Shown one piece after another: positions 38,944 through 48,111 of a stretch of DNA of 48,111 nucleotides. The DNA comes from Alphaproteobacteria bacterium (GTDB lineage: Bacteria; Pseudomonadota; Alphaproteobacteria; UBA8366; GCA-2717185), in contig JAKZTB010000167.1 of NCBI GenBank assembly GCA_047517345.1, positions 1-48,111 of the forward strand. Direction: 5' to 3'. The notes under the pieces are model-generated. The model was not told the DNA's origin, searched no databases, and saw only the letters and a list, made by a program, of their open reading frames with translations. How positions within the stretch are numbered: the stretch's first letter is position 1; each line of letters starts with the position of its first letter. Position numbers and translations under genes: made by a program.

Positions 38944-39981
38944 TCAGCCGATCACGCGGCCGACGATCTTCGCCGTATAGTCAACCATGGGAATGATGCG
39001 TCCATAGTTCATTCGCGCCGGTCCGACAACACCGATTGCGCCGACGATCTTCTCTTCGCTATTGGAAAACGGGGCGATGATCACGGAACAACCCGCCAGC
39101 GAGAACAAATCGTTCTCGGCCCCGATAAAGATCTGCACTCCTTCGGCGCCTTCCGTCGCCTCGATCAGGCGCAGCAAGGCCTCATTGGTTTCCAATTTCT
39201 GGAAGAGTGCGCGGATGCGCTCTAAATCCTCCATCCCCGTCACGTCTTCCAGTAGATTCGCCTGACCGCGGACGATGAGTACGTCCTCGCCGACCGCCCT
39301 GTTCGACCAGGTGGCCAGACCTGCCTCGACGACGCTGCGGGTCAATTCGTCCAGTTCCGCCCGTTCCGCGTCGATCTGCGTCCGGACGCGCACCTGGGAC
39401 TCACTCAAGGTTCGTCCGGAGACATGCGCCGAAAAGAAATTGCTCGCTTCGACCAGGCTAGACGCCGGCATCCCAAGCGGCAGATCGATCACCCGGTTTT
39501 CGATCAGCCCGTCCTCGTTGACGATAACGACCAGCGCCCGTCCCGGACCGAGATTGACGAACTCGATATGTTTCAGCGGCGCTTCCCGTTTCGGCGCGAT
39601 GACGAGACCGGCACAGTGCGACAATCCGGAAAGCAACGTTGAGGCTTCTTCGAGGACTTGATTGAGCGTGCGGCCTGCGGTCGCGCACTGGGCCTCGATA
39701 TCCTTGCGGTCCGCTTCGGTCAGATTGCCGATCTCCAGTATCCCGTCGACGAAGAGCTGCAGGCCCGCATCGGTCGGCATGCGACCGGCCGAGGTATGCG
39801 GCGCGTAAAGCAGGCCGCTCTCTTCGAGGTCCGCCATGACGTTGCGGATCGTCGCCGGCGACAGCGACATGCCGAGTTTGCGCGACAACGATCGGGAGCC
39901 GATCGGTTCGCCCGTCTCGACATAGGCCTCGACGACAAGGCGCAACACCTCTCTGGAGCGTTCGTTCAGGTCTGGAGCCAT
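38944..39981 (-). CDS. hrcA: Heat-inducible transcription repressor HrcA
   Basis: GEPIGS, SPATIRNVMADLE, PHTSAGRMPT, GVVGPARMNY motifs. Confidence 0.97.
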   Translation of the reverse strand: MAPDLNERSREVLRLVVEAYVETGEPIGSRSLSRKLGMSLSPATIRNVMADLEESGLLYAPHTSAGRMPTDAGLQLFVDGILEIGNLTEADRKDIEAQCATAGRTLNQVLEEASTLLSGLSHCAGLVIAPKREAPLKHIEFVNLGPGRALVVIVNEDGLIENRVIDLPLGMPASSLVEASNFFSAHVSGRTLSESQVRVRTQIDAERAELDELTRSVVEAGLATWSNRAVGEDVLIVRGQANLLEDVTGMEDLERIRALFQKLETNEALLRLIEATEGAEGVQIFIGAENDLFSLAGCSVIIAPFSNSEEKIVGAIGVVGPARMNYGRIIPMVDYTAKIVGRVIG

Positions 39982-40016
39982 TATGAAGCGGAATGTAGTA
40001 ACGACCCCTTATGGCG

Positions 40017-40520
40017 TCAATGAGCAGGCGAATGCCGTTCGAAAAACGCCAAGACCCGTTGGCGCTGCGCGTCGGTATGCGCCGGGCCTTTCCAATCCGT
40101 AAGGCATTCGGTACCCGGCAACAGCGCGGCGAGTTCCTGGCTGATGACGGCGGGGTGCGGCGCGATCTCTCAGAGCTTCAGGCAAAAACTCGAACCGATG
40201 CAGCCGCCCAGCGTGTGAAACCGTTCTTCCCCAAGATGGTCCATCAGCGCCAGATGGTCTTCCGCGTAGGTATGCCAGCCATGGTCGGCCGCGATATCGC
40301 CGCGCGAGCTCCCGGCATTGCGTTGGTCCATCGCCACGACGCGGTAGTTCGCGGCCAGGACGTGCCTCCAATCGTTCCACGACCGGGGCGTACCGTCGGC
40401 GGCCGCGTGCCACAGATCCATGCACGACCGCATGCCGCCCGGCGCGAACAACAAGACCGGAAACCCCGAACCGTATTCCTCGTAGTGGATTTCAGCGTCC
40501 GCGCGTTTCAGTACCGGCAT
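40017..40520 (-). pseudogene. Alpha/beta hydrolase pseudogene (in-frame TGA plus probable internal deletion)
   Basis: N-terminal motifs LLFAPGG, DQRNAG.S and nucleophile elbow GGCIG. The TGA at 40170-40172 is followed in the same frame by EIAPHPAVISQELAALLP...WK...RVLAFFERH and a stop at 40017. Total length is about 167 codons, too short for a full fold. Confidence 0.7.
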
Positions 40521-40655
40521 GGCGACCTCTCCCCGTATTCCTACATTTAATTATCAAACCGCAGCACGCAACAATACAACTCCAATCGCGCTGGACACTG
40601 GTCGCTACAAAGATTAGCGTCGCCGCCGTTTCAGACGACAGCAAGGAACCGCACC

Positions 40656-41369
40656 ATGAAGCGACCATCGGGCCGTGCCCCGGACGCGTTGCGCGACGTC
40701 ATCCTGGAAACCGACGTGTCGAAATACGCGGAAGGGTCTTGCCTGGCGAAGTTCGGCGAAACCCACGTGCTGTGCACCGCCAGCATCGAGGACCGCGTAC
40801 CGCCGTTCCTGCGTAATTCCGGCCGGGGCTGGGTGACCGCCGAATACGGTATGCTGCCGCGCTCGACCGAAACCCGGATCGACCGGCGGCGCGCCGCGGA
40901 GTCCGGCCGCACCCAGGAAATCCAACGGCTGATCGGCCGCAGCCTGCGCGCCGTGACCAAACTGGACGGCTTCGGCGAGCGCCAAATCCGGGTCGATTGC
41001 GACGTTCTGCAGGCCGACGGCGGGACGCGGACAGCCGGCATCTCCGGCGGCTACGTCGCGCTTTACCTGGCATTCCGGCATATGCAGTCGATCGATGCCA
41101 TAGAGGCGATACCGCTCACAGATTCGGTCGCGGCGATTTCTTGCGGTTTGTGGGAAGGCGCGGCGGTTCTCGATCTCGACTACGCCGAAGACTCGACCGC
41201 CCAGGCGGACGCCAATTTCGTCTTCACCGGCGCGGGCGGGATCGTCGAGGTTCAGGGTACGGCAGAAGGCGACCCGTTCTCCCAAGACCAGTTTCTCGAC
41301 CTCATGGCCCTGGCGCGAAAGGGTGTTGACGCGTTGGACGCGTTGCAGAAATCGGCGCTCGGCCTGTAA
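40656..41369 (+). CDS. rph: Ribonuclease PH
   Basis: [64 protein letters not shown] motifs. Confidence 0.97.
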   Translation: MKRPSGRAPDALRDVILETDVSKYAEGSCLAKFGETHVLCTASIEDRVPPFLRNSGRGWVTAEYGMLPRSTETRIDRRRAAESGRTQEIQRLIGRSLRAVTKLDGFGERQIRVDCDVLQADGGTRTAGISGGYVALYLAFRHMQSIDAIEAIPLTDSVAAISCGLWEGAAVLDLDYAEDSTAQADANFVFTGAGGIVEVQGTAEGDPFSQDQFLDLMALARKGVDALDALQKSALGL

Positions 41370-41391
41370 AATTCGGTTCGGAGTGACCGGC

Positions 41392-41991
41392 ATGGCGCGA
41401 AATTTCGAGGGTACCCAGTTGGTCGTCGCCAGCCACAATCCGGGCAAGATCCGTGAGATCGACGACCTGTTGCGGCCCTTCGACGTCGCACCCGTTTCCG
41501 CGGGCGAATTGGGTTTGCCGGAACCGGTCGAGGACGGGCTGACTTTCGAAGCCAACGCGGTCCTCAAGGCGGCGGCGGCGCTACGGTCGGGACTGCCGGC
41601 ATTGTCCGACGATTCCGGGCTTACGGTAACAGCGCTCGACGGCGCGCCAGGCATCTATTCCGCGCGTTGGGCCGGACCCGACAAGGATTTCGGCCACGCG
41701 ATGCAGCGCGTCCGGGACGAGGTCGCCGGCAATGCCGACCGCGGCGCGAAATTCGTGTGCGCTCTGGCATTGGCCTGGCCGGACGGGCATGTCGAAGTGT
41801 TCGAAGGCGCTGTCGCAGGCGATTTGGTCTGGCCGCCGCGCGGCGGCCGCGGTTTCGGGTATGATCCGATGTTCCTGCCACACGGCTTTACCGAGACGTT
41901 CGGTGAAATGGACCAAACGCGAAAACACGAAATCAGCCACCGCGCGGAAGCGTTCCGGCAACTCGTCGCCGCCTGCTTCGAAACCGGCTGA
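41392..41991 (+). CDS. rdgB: dITP/XTP pyrophosphatase
   Basis: [36 protein letters not shown] motifs. Confidence 0.96.
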   Translation: MARNFEGTQLVVASHNPGKIREIDDLLRPFDVAPVSAGELGLPEPVEDGLTFEANAVLKAAAALRSGLPALSDDSGLTVTALDGAPGIYSARWAGPDKDFGHAMQRVRDEVAGNADRGAKFVCALALAWPDGHVEVFEGAVAGDLVWPPRGGRGFGYDPMFLPHGFTETFGEMDQTRKHEISHRAEAFRQLVAACFETG

Positions 41992-41995
41992 CCCT

Positions 41996-43159
41996 ATGAC
42001 CGCTGGTACAGACAACGGTTTCGCGCTTTATATTCATTGGCCGTTCTGCCTGTCGAAATGCCCTTATTGCGACTTCAACAGCCATGTCCGCGAGACCGTC
42101 GACGAAGCCCGCTGGCGCAAAGCCTTGCTACGGGAACTCGACAGCGTCGCGGCCCTGTCGCCGGACCGGCGGATCGAAAGCGTGTTTTTCGGCGGCGGCA
42201 CGCCTTCATTGATGGCGCCGGCCACCGTCGGTGCGCTGCTCGACCGTGTCGCGGAACACTGGTCGGTGGCGGGCGACGTCGAGATCACGCTCGAGGCAAA
42301 CCCGACATCGGTCGAACGGGAACGGTTGGCGGACATCCGTGCCGCTGGCGTGAACAGGGTCTCGCTCGGCGTGCAGGCGTTGGACGATGCGTCGCTGCAA
42401 TTCCTGGGGCGCGGCCACAATGTCGAGGAGGCGCTCGACGCCGTGCGCACGGCCGCGAAACTGTTCGACCGCTTTTCGTTCGACTTGATCTATGGACGCC
42501 CGGAACAAACGGCGGCCGAATGGACAGGGGAGCTGCGCCAGGCACTGAACCATGTGCGGGACCATCTGTCCGTCTATCAGCTGACCCTGGAGCCGGGCAC
42601 GCCGTTTCACGCGCTGTGGCGCCGCGGAAAACTCGACCCGCTGGACGAAGAATCCGCGGCAGGCCTCTATGAAGCGACGCAAGAGGTACTCGAAGCGACG
42701 GGCCTTCCGGCCTACGAGGTTTCCAACCACGCCGCGCCCGGCGCGGAAAGCCGGCACAACCTGATCTATTGGCGCTATGGCGATTACGCCGGCATTGGAC
42801 CCGGCGCGCATGGCCGCATGACGATCGATGGCCAAAAGACCGCCACGCAACGCATTCGCAGCCCGGAAGCGTGGCTGAAACGCGTCGAGACAAGTGGCAA
42901 TGGCAGCGAGGCCCCCGAACGACTGGATAGGGAGACGCAGCTCGCCGAAGCGATGCTGATGGGGTTGAGATTGGCGGAAGGCGTTTCGGAATCGCGCATC
43001 CGCGCGATCTGCGGGCAAGACATCGAAACCGCATTCGACGCTGGGCGCCTCGGTTCGCTGGTCGAACACGGCCTGATCGTGCGGTCCGGCAACCGGCTCC
43101 GCACGACGCCCGCGGGCCGCACGCGGCTCGACGCCGTCATCGGTCACTTATTGGGTTAG
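41996..43159 (+). CDS. hemW: Radical SAM heme chaperone HemW (HemN-like)
   Basis: YIHWPFCLSKCPYCDFN, FGGGTPS, LEANP, HLSVYQLT, YEVSN, HNLIYW. Follows rdgB. Confidence 0.93.
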   Translation: MTAGTDNGFALYIHWPFCLSKCPYCDFNSHVRETVDEARWRKALLRELDSVAALSPDRRIESVFFGGGTPSLMAPATVGALLDRVAEHWSVAGDVEITLEANPTSVERERLADIRAAGVNRVSLGVQALDDASLQFLGRGHNVEEALDAVRTAAKLFDRFSFDLIYGRPEQTAAEWTGELRQALNHVRDHLSVYQLTLEPGTPFHALWRRGKLDPLDEESAAGLYEATQEVLEATGLPAYEVSNHAAPGAESRHNLIYWRYGDYAGIGPGAHGRMTIDGQKTATQRIRSPEAWLKRVETSGNGSEAPERLDRETQLAEAMLMGLRLAEGVSESRIRAICGQDIETAFDAGRLGSLVEHGLIVRSGNRLRTTPAGRTRLDAVIGHLLG

Positions 43160-43172
43160 CCCGGATTTAGGG

Positions 43173-44642
43173 TTAGTTCGTTGCCGCGGCGAAGCTCTGC
43201 GGCGCGGACCGGCGGACGACCGCGCCGTTTCGGGTGACTTCGTGGATCGTAAAGGCGCGTTCCGCGATGCCTTCCGGCTGTAACCGAAATATTCCGTCCA
43301 CACCAAGGAAACCGTTGCGGTCCGTCAAGGCCGATATCGAATAATCCGGTCCGTTTTCGCCCTGCGCCAACACCACCGCGAGCGCCGTCGCGTCATAGGC
43401 CAGGGTCGCCAGCCGCGGTGGCGCGCGACCGAAGGCTGTGCGGAACCGGTCCCCGAAGCGTCTCCGCTCTTCCTCCGGCGATCCGGCGAACCAGGCGCCG
43501 ATCAAAGCCGGTTCCGTGCCCAGGTTCGGGATCAAGTCCCATGAACGGAGTCCCAGCAAACGAACGGCTGGTTGATCGACATCGTAGTAGGACAGCAGCG
43601 AGGACAAGGTCCGTAGCCGCTCGCCCCCTTCCGGGAGCAGGACCACGTCGTAGGGCAGCGGGCCGATGGTATCCACACGCGCCAGCCGCCGCAGGGCCTG
43701 CGAGGCAATCTCACCGCCTTTTTCTTCGAGTGTTTTGCGTTGCGCCAGCAACGCTTGGTGACGGGTGTTGTAATTGGAGAAGGCCTTGACCTCGCCCGAC
43801 AGGTCCGCCGCATTCGGCGCGTAGTACATCGTACGGACGATCGACCCGCCGGCCGCGGCCGCGACCGCCCGTGCCGCGTCCACAACTGCTGTGCCATAAG
43901 CGTCGTTCGGCGCCAGTACCGCAAAACGGGACAGGCCTTCGGCGAGCGCATAACCGACGACCGCGGTGACCTGCTGGCGCGGTACGAAACCGAGAATGAA
44001 CACGCCGTCGCCGGCGACCTCCCGCGAATTCGAAAATGCGACGATCGAAATGCCGGCGTTGCGGGCGAGTGGCGCCGCGGCGCGGACGGATTCCGCGTGC
44101 AGGGGACCCAAAATCAGTTGCGCGCGCGATTTCACCGCCGCCATCGCCGCCTTTTGCGCGCCGGCTTTCGTGCCGCCGGTATCGAAGGGCATGAGGACGA
44201 ACGACTTGTCCGCGAGTTCGAACATCGAAAGCTGCGCCGCATCCAGCATGGCTTTACCCAACGGGGCGCTCGCGCCGCTCAAGGGCAGCAAAATCGCCAC
44301 ACGCGCCTCTTTTGGTGCGGTTGGGTGCCGCGCCTTTTGGGGCGGCTCGGCAGCCGGCCTTGTTTCGCCACGGTCAGGGGTCTGCTTTTCCATGACCGGT
44401 AGCGCGATCGGCGCCTTTTTCGCAACCGGGTTTTCCGGTTCGGATTTCGAAATCTGCGGGACCGGTTCGAATTTGCGGAATGTCGGTTGTTCTTTTACCG
44501 TGGCTTCTACGCAACCAGTCATGCCGAATAGCAAGAGCGTTGCAGCCGTTGCCATACCGCGAAAGCGCGATGGAGGGTCGTGGCGGTTCGAGATTCCGTT
44601 GCTTGGATGCTTCGGCGAACGCGCTGAATGTATTGATTGCAT
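43173..44642 (-). CDS. Penicillin-binding protein activator LpoA/LppC-like lipoprotein
   Basis: Lipobox-like MTGC, VAILLPLSG, ILGPL, LAYDA, GFLGVDGIFR. Divergent from rsmI. The start is uncertain (44555, 44642 or 44654). Confidence 0.8.
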   Translation of the reverse strand: MQSIHSARSPKHPSNGISNRHDPPSRFRGMATAATLLLFGMTGCVEATVKEQPTFRKFEPVPQISKSEPENPVAKKAPIALPVMEKQTPDRGETRPAAEPPQKARHPTAPKEARVAILLPLSGASAPLGKAMLDAAQLSMFELADKSFVLMPFDTGGTKAGAQKAAMAAVKSRAQLILGPLHAESVRAAAPLARNAGISIVAFSNSREVAGDGVFILGFVPRQQVTAVVGYALAEGLSRFAVLAPNDAYGTAVVDAARAVAAAAGGSIVRTMYYAPNAADLSGEVKAFSNYNTRHQALLAQRKTLEEKGGEIASQALRRLARVDTIGPLPYDVVLLPEGGERLRTLSSLLSYYDVDQPAVRLLGLRSWDLIPNLGTEPALIGAWFAGSPEEERRRFGDRFRTAFGRAPPRLATLAYDATALAVVLAQGENGPDYSISALTDRNGFLGVDGIFRLQPEGIAERAFTIHEVTRNGAVVRRSAPQSFAAATN

Positions 44643-45510
44643 GACTTTTGACACTAGTGAGCCATTGAAAACAAGTAAACCAACACCGGGCCTTTATATC
44701 GTTGCGACACCGATCGGCAACCTTCGCGACATTACCTACCGCGCGGTCGATACCCTGACAGCGGCGGATGTAATCGCCTGCGAAGACACGCGGGTGACGG
44801 CGAAGCTCCTTTCGGCATACGAAATTCGAACCGCAACGACCCCATATCACGAGCATAATGCGGCAAAAATGCGACCGCTTCTTATCGGCCGCTTGCAACA
44901 AGGTGAAATCGTCGCGCTGGTGAGCGATGCCGGCACGCCGCTGATCTCCGACCCCGGTTACAAGCTCGTTCGCGAAGCGATCGAAGCGGATATTCCGGTA
45001 ATCGCCATACCCGGCGCAAGCGCCCCTCTCGCGGCGCTCGCCGCAGCAGGTCTGCCGACGGATCGATTTCTGTTCTTGGGATTCCTGTCGGCCCGCGCCG
45101 CTCAACGCCGCGAGGCGTTGGCTGCCGTCGAAACGATCGCGGCGACACTGGTGTTTTTTGAATCACCGCGGCGGCTCGCCGATAGTCTGAAGGCCATGTA
45201 CGACGCGTACGGACCGCGAAAGGCCGTTGTCGCGCGCGAGCTGACGAAGCGCTTCGAGGAATTCCGCCGCGGCGACCTCGGCGAACTTGCCGATCACTAC
45301 GCCGCCGCGGGACCGCCCAAGGGCGAGGTCGTCGTGCTGGTCGCTCCCGCGGGGGACACGCCGCCAGCGCAGGAAGACCTCGATGCCCTGTTACGGCACG
45401 CGCTCGATGGCATGAGCGTGCGCGACGCGGCGGCGACCGTCAGTGTCGCCACGGGCCGGCCGCGGCGGGAGGTCTACGCCCGGGCGCTCGAACTGGATCG
45501 CGAAGGATGA
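44641..45510 (+). CDS. rsmI: 16S rRNA C1402 2'-O-methyltransferase
   Basis: LYIVATPIGNLRDIT, CEDTRVT, SDAGTPLISDPG, FESPRR, RELTK motifs. Confidence 0.96.
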   Translation: MTFDTSEPLKTSKPTPGLYIVATPIGNLRDITYRAVDTLTAADVIACEDTRVTAKLLSAYEIRTATTPYHEHNAAKMRPLLIGRLQQGEIVALVSDAGTPLISDPGYKLVREAIEADIPVIAIPGASAPLAALAAAGLPTDRFLFLGFLSARAAQRREALAAVETIAATLVFFESPRRLADSLKAMYDAYGPRKAVVARELTKRFEEFRRGDLGELADHYAAAGPPKGEVVVLVAPAGDTPPAQEDLDALLRHALDGMSVRDAAATVSVATGRPRREVYARALELDREG

Positions 45511-45881
45511 CCGTGTCCGCCAAAAGACGGCGTGCCTGGCGACGCGGGTTAATAGCCGAGACAGTCAGCGTCGTGTGGCTTCGACTGCTCGGCTACCGCG
45601 TGGTTGCACGGCGCCTGCGGACGCCGGTCGGGGAGATCGATATCGTCGCGCGGCGCAAAGACATTTTGGCCATCGTCGAGGTCAAGGCGCGGCGCAATTG
45701 GGAGAATGCATTCGAAGCCGTGACCCTGCGGCAAAGAAAACGGCTGGAGCGCGCTGCGCAATGGATGGTCGCCGGCCGGCCCGATTTGGGCGGCCTCAAA
45801 ATAAGGTTCGATGTGATGGCAATATCGCCTTGGCGGCTGCCGGTCCGGTTAATTGACGCATGGCGACCGGAGGATGACTAG
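45507..45881 (+). CDS. yraN: YraN family (UPF0102) protein
   Basis: G..AE, GEIDIV, VEVKAR, IRFDV, DAW motifs. Coupled to rsmI. Confidence 0.9.
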   Translation: MTVSAKRRRAWRRGLIAETVSVVWLRLLGYRVVARRLRTPVGEIDIVARRKDILAIVEVKARRNWENAFEAVTLRQRKRLERAAQWMVAGRPDLGGLKIRFDVMAISPWRLPVRLIDAWRPEDD

Positions 45882-46148
45882 TGGATACAATCTTACATAT
45901 GGTACCCCTACGACGGTTTCCCGAGCCCACCGGTTAGGCGCGCGATGCGCCGCGATGCGGGGGCCATCGCAAGCATCGCGCAACGCGGCCGGTGGGCTCG
46001 GGAAACCGCCCTCCGGGTCCCGTATCCCGGTTTCTCGGTGCGTCGAAGACCCTTGCCGATGCTACGGCATCGCCTGTGGGCCTTCTCCTGCCGAGTAGCC
46101 GGGATACGGGATCATAGGGGTACCATATGTCAGATTGTATCCACTAGT
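45877..46148. mobile_element. MITE-like inverted-repeat element, family B (about 270 bp), highly structured
   Basis: 37-bp terminal inverted repeats (45877-45913 / 46112-46148, 35/37 match) with CTAG at both ends and no coding capacity. Confidence 0.8.
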
Positions 46149-46160
46149 TAGATAAGACGT

Positions 46161-46787
46161 ATGCAGCCAACTAAACGCACCGGAGCACGCCGCACACAAG
46201 CCGCCGCTCGTTCGATCGCCGCCGCCGCACTCCTGCTGCTGGCCACGGCCCTTTCCGGCTGCGTCGGCTTAGCCGTCGGCGCGGGCGCGACCGCCGGAAC
46301 GGCGGCAATGCAGGAACGCGGGCTCGGCGGGGCCATCGGCGACACGGTGATCCAAACCAAGATTACCAGCGCCTATTTCGCCAACGACGTTAATTTCAAA
46401 CTGATCTCCGTAAAGGTACACGAAGGCCGCGTCCTTCTGACCGGCACCGCGCCGAAACCCGAAGACAGGGTCGAGGCCGTGCGTCACGCCTGGAAGGTCA
46501 AAGGCGTTAAATCCGTCATCAACGAAATCGCGGTGCAGGACGATAGCGGCATTCTGGATCTCGCCCGCGACAAATGGGTGACGGCGCAGCTGCGCTTGAA
46601 AATCACGTTCGACGGTAAAATCAAAGCGATCAACTATGCGATCGATACCGTCAACGGTACGGTCTTTCTCATGGGAATCGCACAAAACGAAGAAGAGCTT
46701 GCCCTGGTTCGCAATCATGCGCGGAGCATCGACTATGTGCGGCGCGTGATCAGTCATGTCCGCGCCAAGAGCGCCGAGACGCGTTAG
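46161..46787 (+). CDS. Dual BON-domain lipoprotein (DolP/YraP-like)
   Basis: Lipobox LSGC and two BON repeats (GRVLLTG...V.NEI; NGTVFLMG...V.RV). Downstream of yraN. Confidence 0.88.
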   Translation: MQPTKRTGARRTQAAARSIAAAALLLLATALSGCVGLAVGAGATAGTAAMQERGLGGAIGDTVIQTKITSAYFANDVNFKLISVKVHEGRVLLTGTAPKPEDRVEAVRHAWKVKGVKSVINEIAVQDDSGILDLARDKWVTAQLRLKITFDGKIKAINYAIDTVNGTVFLMGIAQNEEELALVRNHARSIDYVRRVISHVRAKSAETR

Positions 46788-46939
46788 GAGCCTGTCCGAG
46801 CAATGCTTATAGACTGCACCGTGTTCTCAAGGGTTTGGGCGGTGTTGCGTGGCGATGCCGGGGGCATCGCGAGCGGCGCCGGACGACGACGCGCCAAACC
46901 CTCGGGAACATGGCCCTTCGGGTCGACCGGAGAGGCTCC
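46787..46939. mobile_element. MITE-like element, family A copy 2 (153 bp; right TIR partly deleted)
   Basis: The first ~54 nt are about 90% identical to the copy starting at 15055. Ends are TA|GGAGCC...GGCTCC|TA, with internal hairpins. Confidence 0.75.
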
Positions 46940-46951
46940 TAGACACCCGCC

Positions 46952-47782
46952 ATGTCGATGACCGAAGAGGCGAAAAGCATACTACGCCGGATTGGGGCTG
47001 AACCCGACAACCGCTTCGAATTGGGTGAGGCCGCCCTGGCGCTTGCCGCCTTGGACCGGCCCCGCGTGCCGCTCGACAGATATCGCCGGCATCTCGAAAG
47101 GCTGGGAGCCGATCTCGGCCTGATTTCTTCCGGATGCACGACTCTCGAGGACAGGCTGGCAGCGCTCAATAACATACTCGCCGACAAGCATGGCTATGCC
47201 GGCGACCAGTTGAATTACGACGATCTGCAAAATGCCAACCTGATCCGCGTCATCGACCGCAAGAAGGGCCTGCCGGTCGCGCTGGGCATTCTGTACATCC
47301 ACACCGCCCGCACGCAGGGCTGGTCGATTAGCGGCCTTGCCTTTCCGGGCCATTTTCTGTTGCGCCTCGGCGATGGTGGGGAGCGCCTCGTCCTCGATCC
47401 GTTCAACGAAGGCGCGGCCCGTGCGCCGCACGAGCTGCGCGATCTCCTCAAGGCGATGTCCGGAATCGATGCCGAACTGCGCCCGGAGCATTTCGCCGAA
47501 GTGTCCGACCGTGACATCCTTCTGCGGCTGCAGAACAACATTAAGCTGCGTCTGATCCAGCAGAACGATGCCGCCGGCGCCGAAGCGGTGGTTTCCCGCA
47601 TGCTGATGCTCGCCCCGGAACGGACCGCGCTGTGGTGGGAAACGGGCATGTTGAATGCGCAAGCCGGGCGCCTTCAGGCCGCCATCGACGCCATCGAGCG
47701 GTTTATCGAACTGGAGGCGCGGCCGCAGCCAAGGCACGAAGCGGTTGTGTTTTTGCAGAAGCTGCAGGAACAACTGAACTGA
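46952..47782 (+). CDS. SirB1 family transglutaminase-like/TPR protein
   Basis: GD..NYDDLQNANL..VIDRKKGLPVALGILY, FPGHFLL, DPF, R..NNIK, and C-terminal TPR-like helices. Confidence 0.88.
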   Translation: MSMTEEAKSILRRIGAEPDNRFELGEAALALAALDRPRVPLDRYRRHLERLGADLGLISSGCTTLEDRLAALNNILADKHGYAGDQLNYDDLQNANLIRVIDRKKGLPVALGILYIHTARTQGWSISGLAFPGHFLLRLGDGGERLVLDPFNEGAARAPHELRDLLKAMSGIDAELRPEHFAEVSDRDILLRLQNNIKLRLIQQNDAAGAEAVVSRMLMLAPERTALWWETGMLNAQAGRLQAAIDAIERFIELEARPQPRHEAVVFLQKLQEQLN

Positions 47783-47909
47783 CGGCTTACGCCGGAAGAT
47801 TTACCTAAATATGTGCTTCATTAAATTTTGGGTTGGCTCCGCAAACCGAAACCGGACAAACTAGCGGTGAAAAACCAATCATCCGTTCTATCAAAACAGG
47901 GAGGATACG

Positions 47910-48111
47910 ATGAGAAAGACTCTTATGACGCTTGTGGCCCTGTCGGTCGGCGTCGCCGCAACAGCTGCGGCGCCGGCGTTTGCGGCAAATGTGAAGGTCA
48001 CGCCTTTAGGGTTGATGGACGGTGAATTCTGCAAATTCGACCGGGCGATGGTGTTCGAGGACCCGAACGGCACCCGCATCCTCTACGATGCCGGACGCAC
48101 GGTGGCGGGGG
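47910..48111 (+). CDS. Secreted protein, probably MBL-fold hydrolase (3' truncated by window edge)
   Basis: GGAGG RBS and signal peptide MRKTLMTLVALSVGVAATAAAPAFA, followed by VKVTPLG...DGEFC..DRAMVFEDPNGTRILYDAG. Not in the ORF track. Confidence 0.65.
   Translation, partial: MRKTLMTLVALSVGVAATAAAPAFAANVKVTPLGLMDGEFCKFDRAMVFEDPNGTRILYDAGRTVAG

Noticed and set aside
38072-40655. CIRCE element expected near hrcA/grpE/dnaK
   Set aside because: No TTAGCACTC-N9-GAGTGCTAA was found by eye. dnaK has an RpoH-type promoter instead, which is normal for alphaproteobacteria.
45877-46148. CRISPR array, tRNA or known ncRNA (RNase P RNA, SRP)
   Set aside because: The repeats are inverted rather than direct with spacers, there is no cloverleaf or T-loop, and no RNase P conserved sequences were recognised. 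TIRs with CTAG ends fit a MITE better.

Overview
GC-rich alphaproteobacterial chromosomal window (Rhodospirillales-like by gene content and order; inference). It has four blocks. (1) 1-12.6 kb: a hopanoid cluster made of two convergent operons: hpnA, hpnL-like, a CDP-alcohol phosphotransferase, ispH and hpnH on +, and a PhnY*-like Fe/2OG dioxygenase, hpnB, hpnC, hpnD, hpnE, shc and hpnG on -. (2) An orphan PAS histidine kinase. (3) 14.5-34.4 kb: a functionally uncharacterised locus of about 20 kb. It combines candidate cyclic-nucleotide writer, reader and eraser genes (membrane class III cyclase, stand-alone CNB protein, MBL hydrolase) with four glycosyltransferases, a histidine phosphatase, a deacetylase, two methyltransferases, a family-5 ABC importer and an unusual ABC exporter whose NBD is degenerate and internally repeated. 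(4) Housekeeping genes: hrcA-grpE-dnaK-dnaJ, rph-rdgB-hemW, lpoA-like, rsmI-yraN-BON and SirB1. The window also has two families of small, highly structured MITE-like inverted-repeat elements (three copies) and one apparent pseudogene. No rRNA, tRNA, CRISPR array or transposase gene was seen. All product calls come from motif recognition by eye, not database searches.
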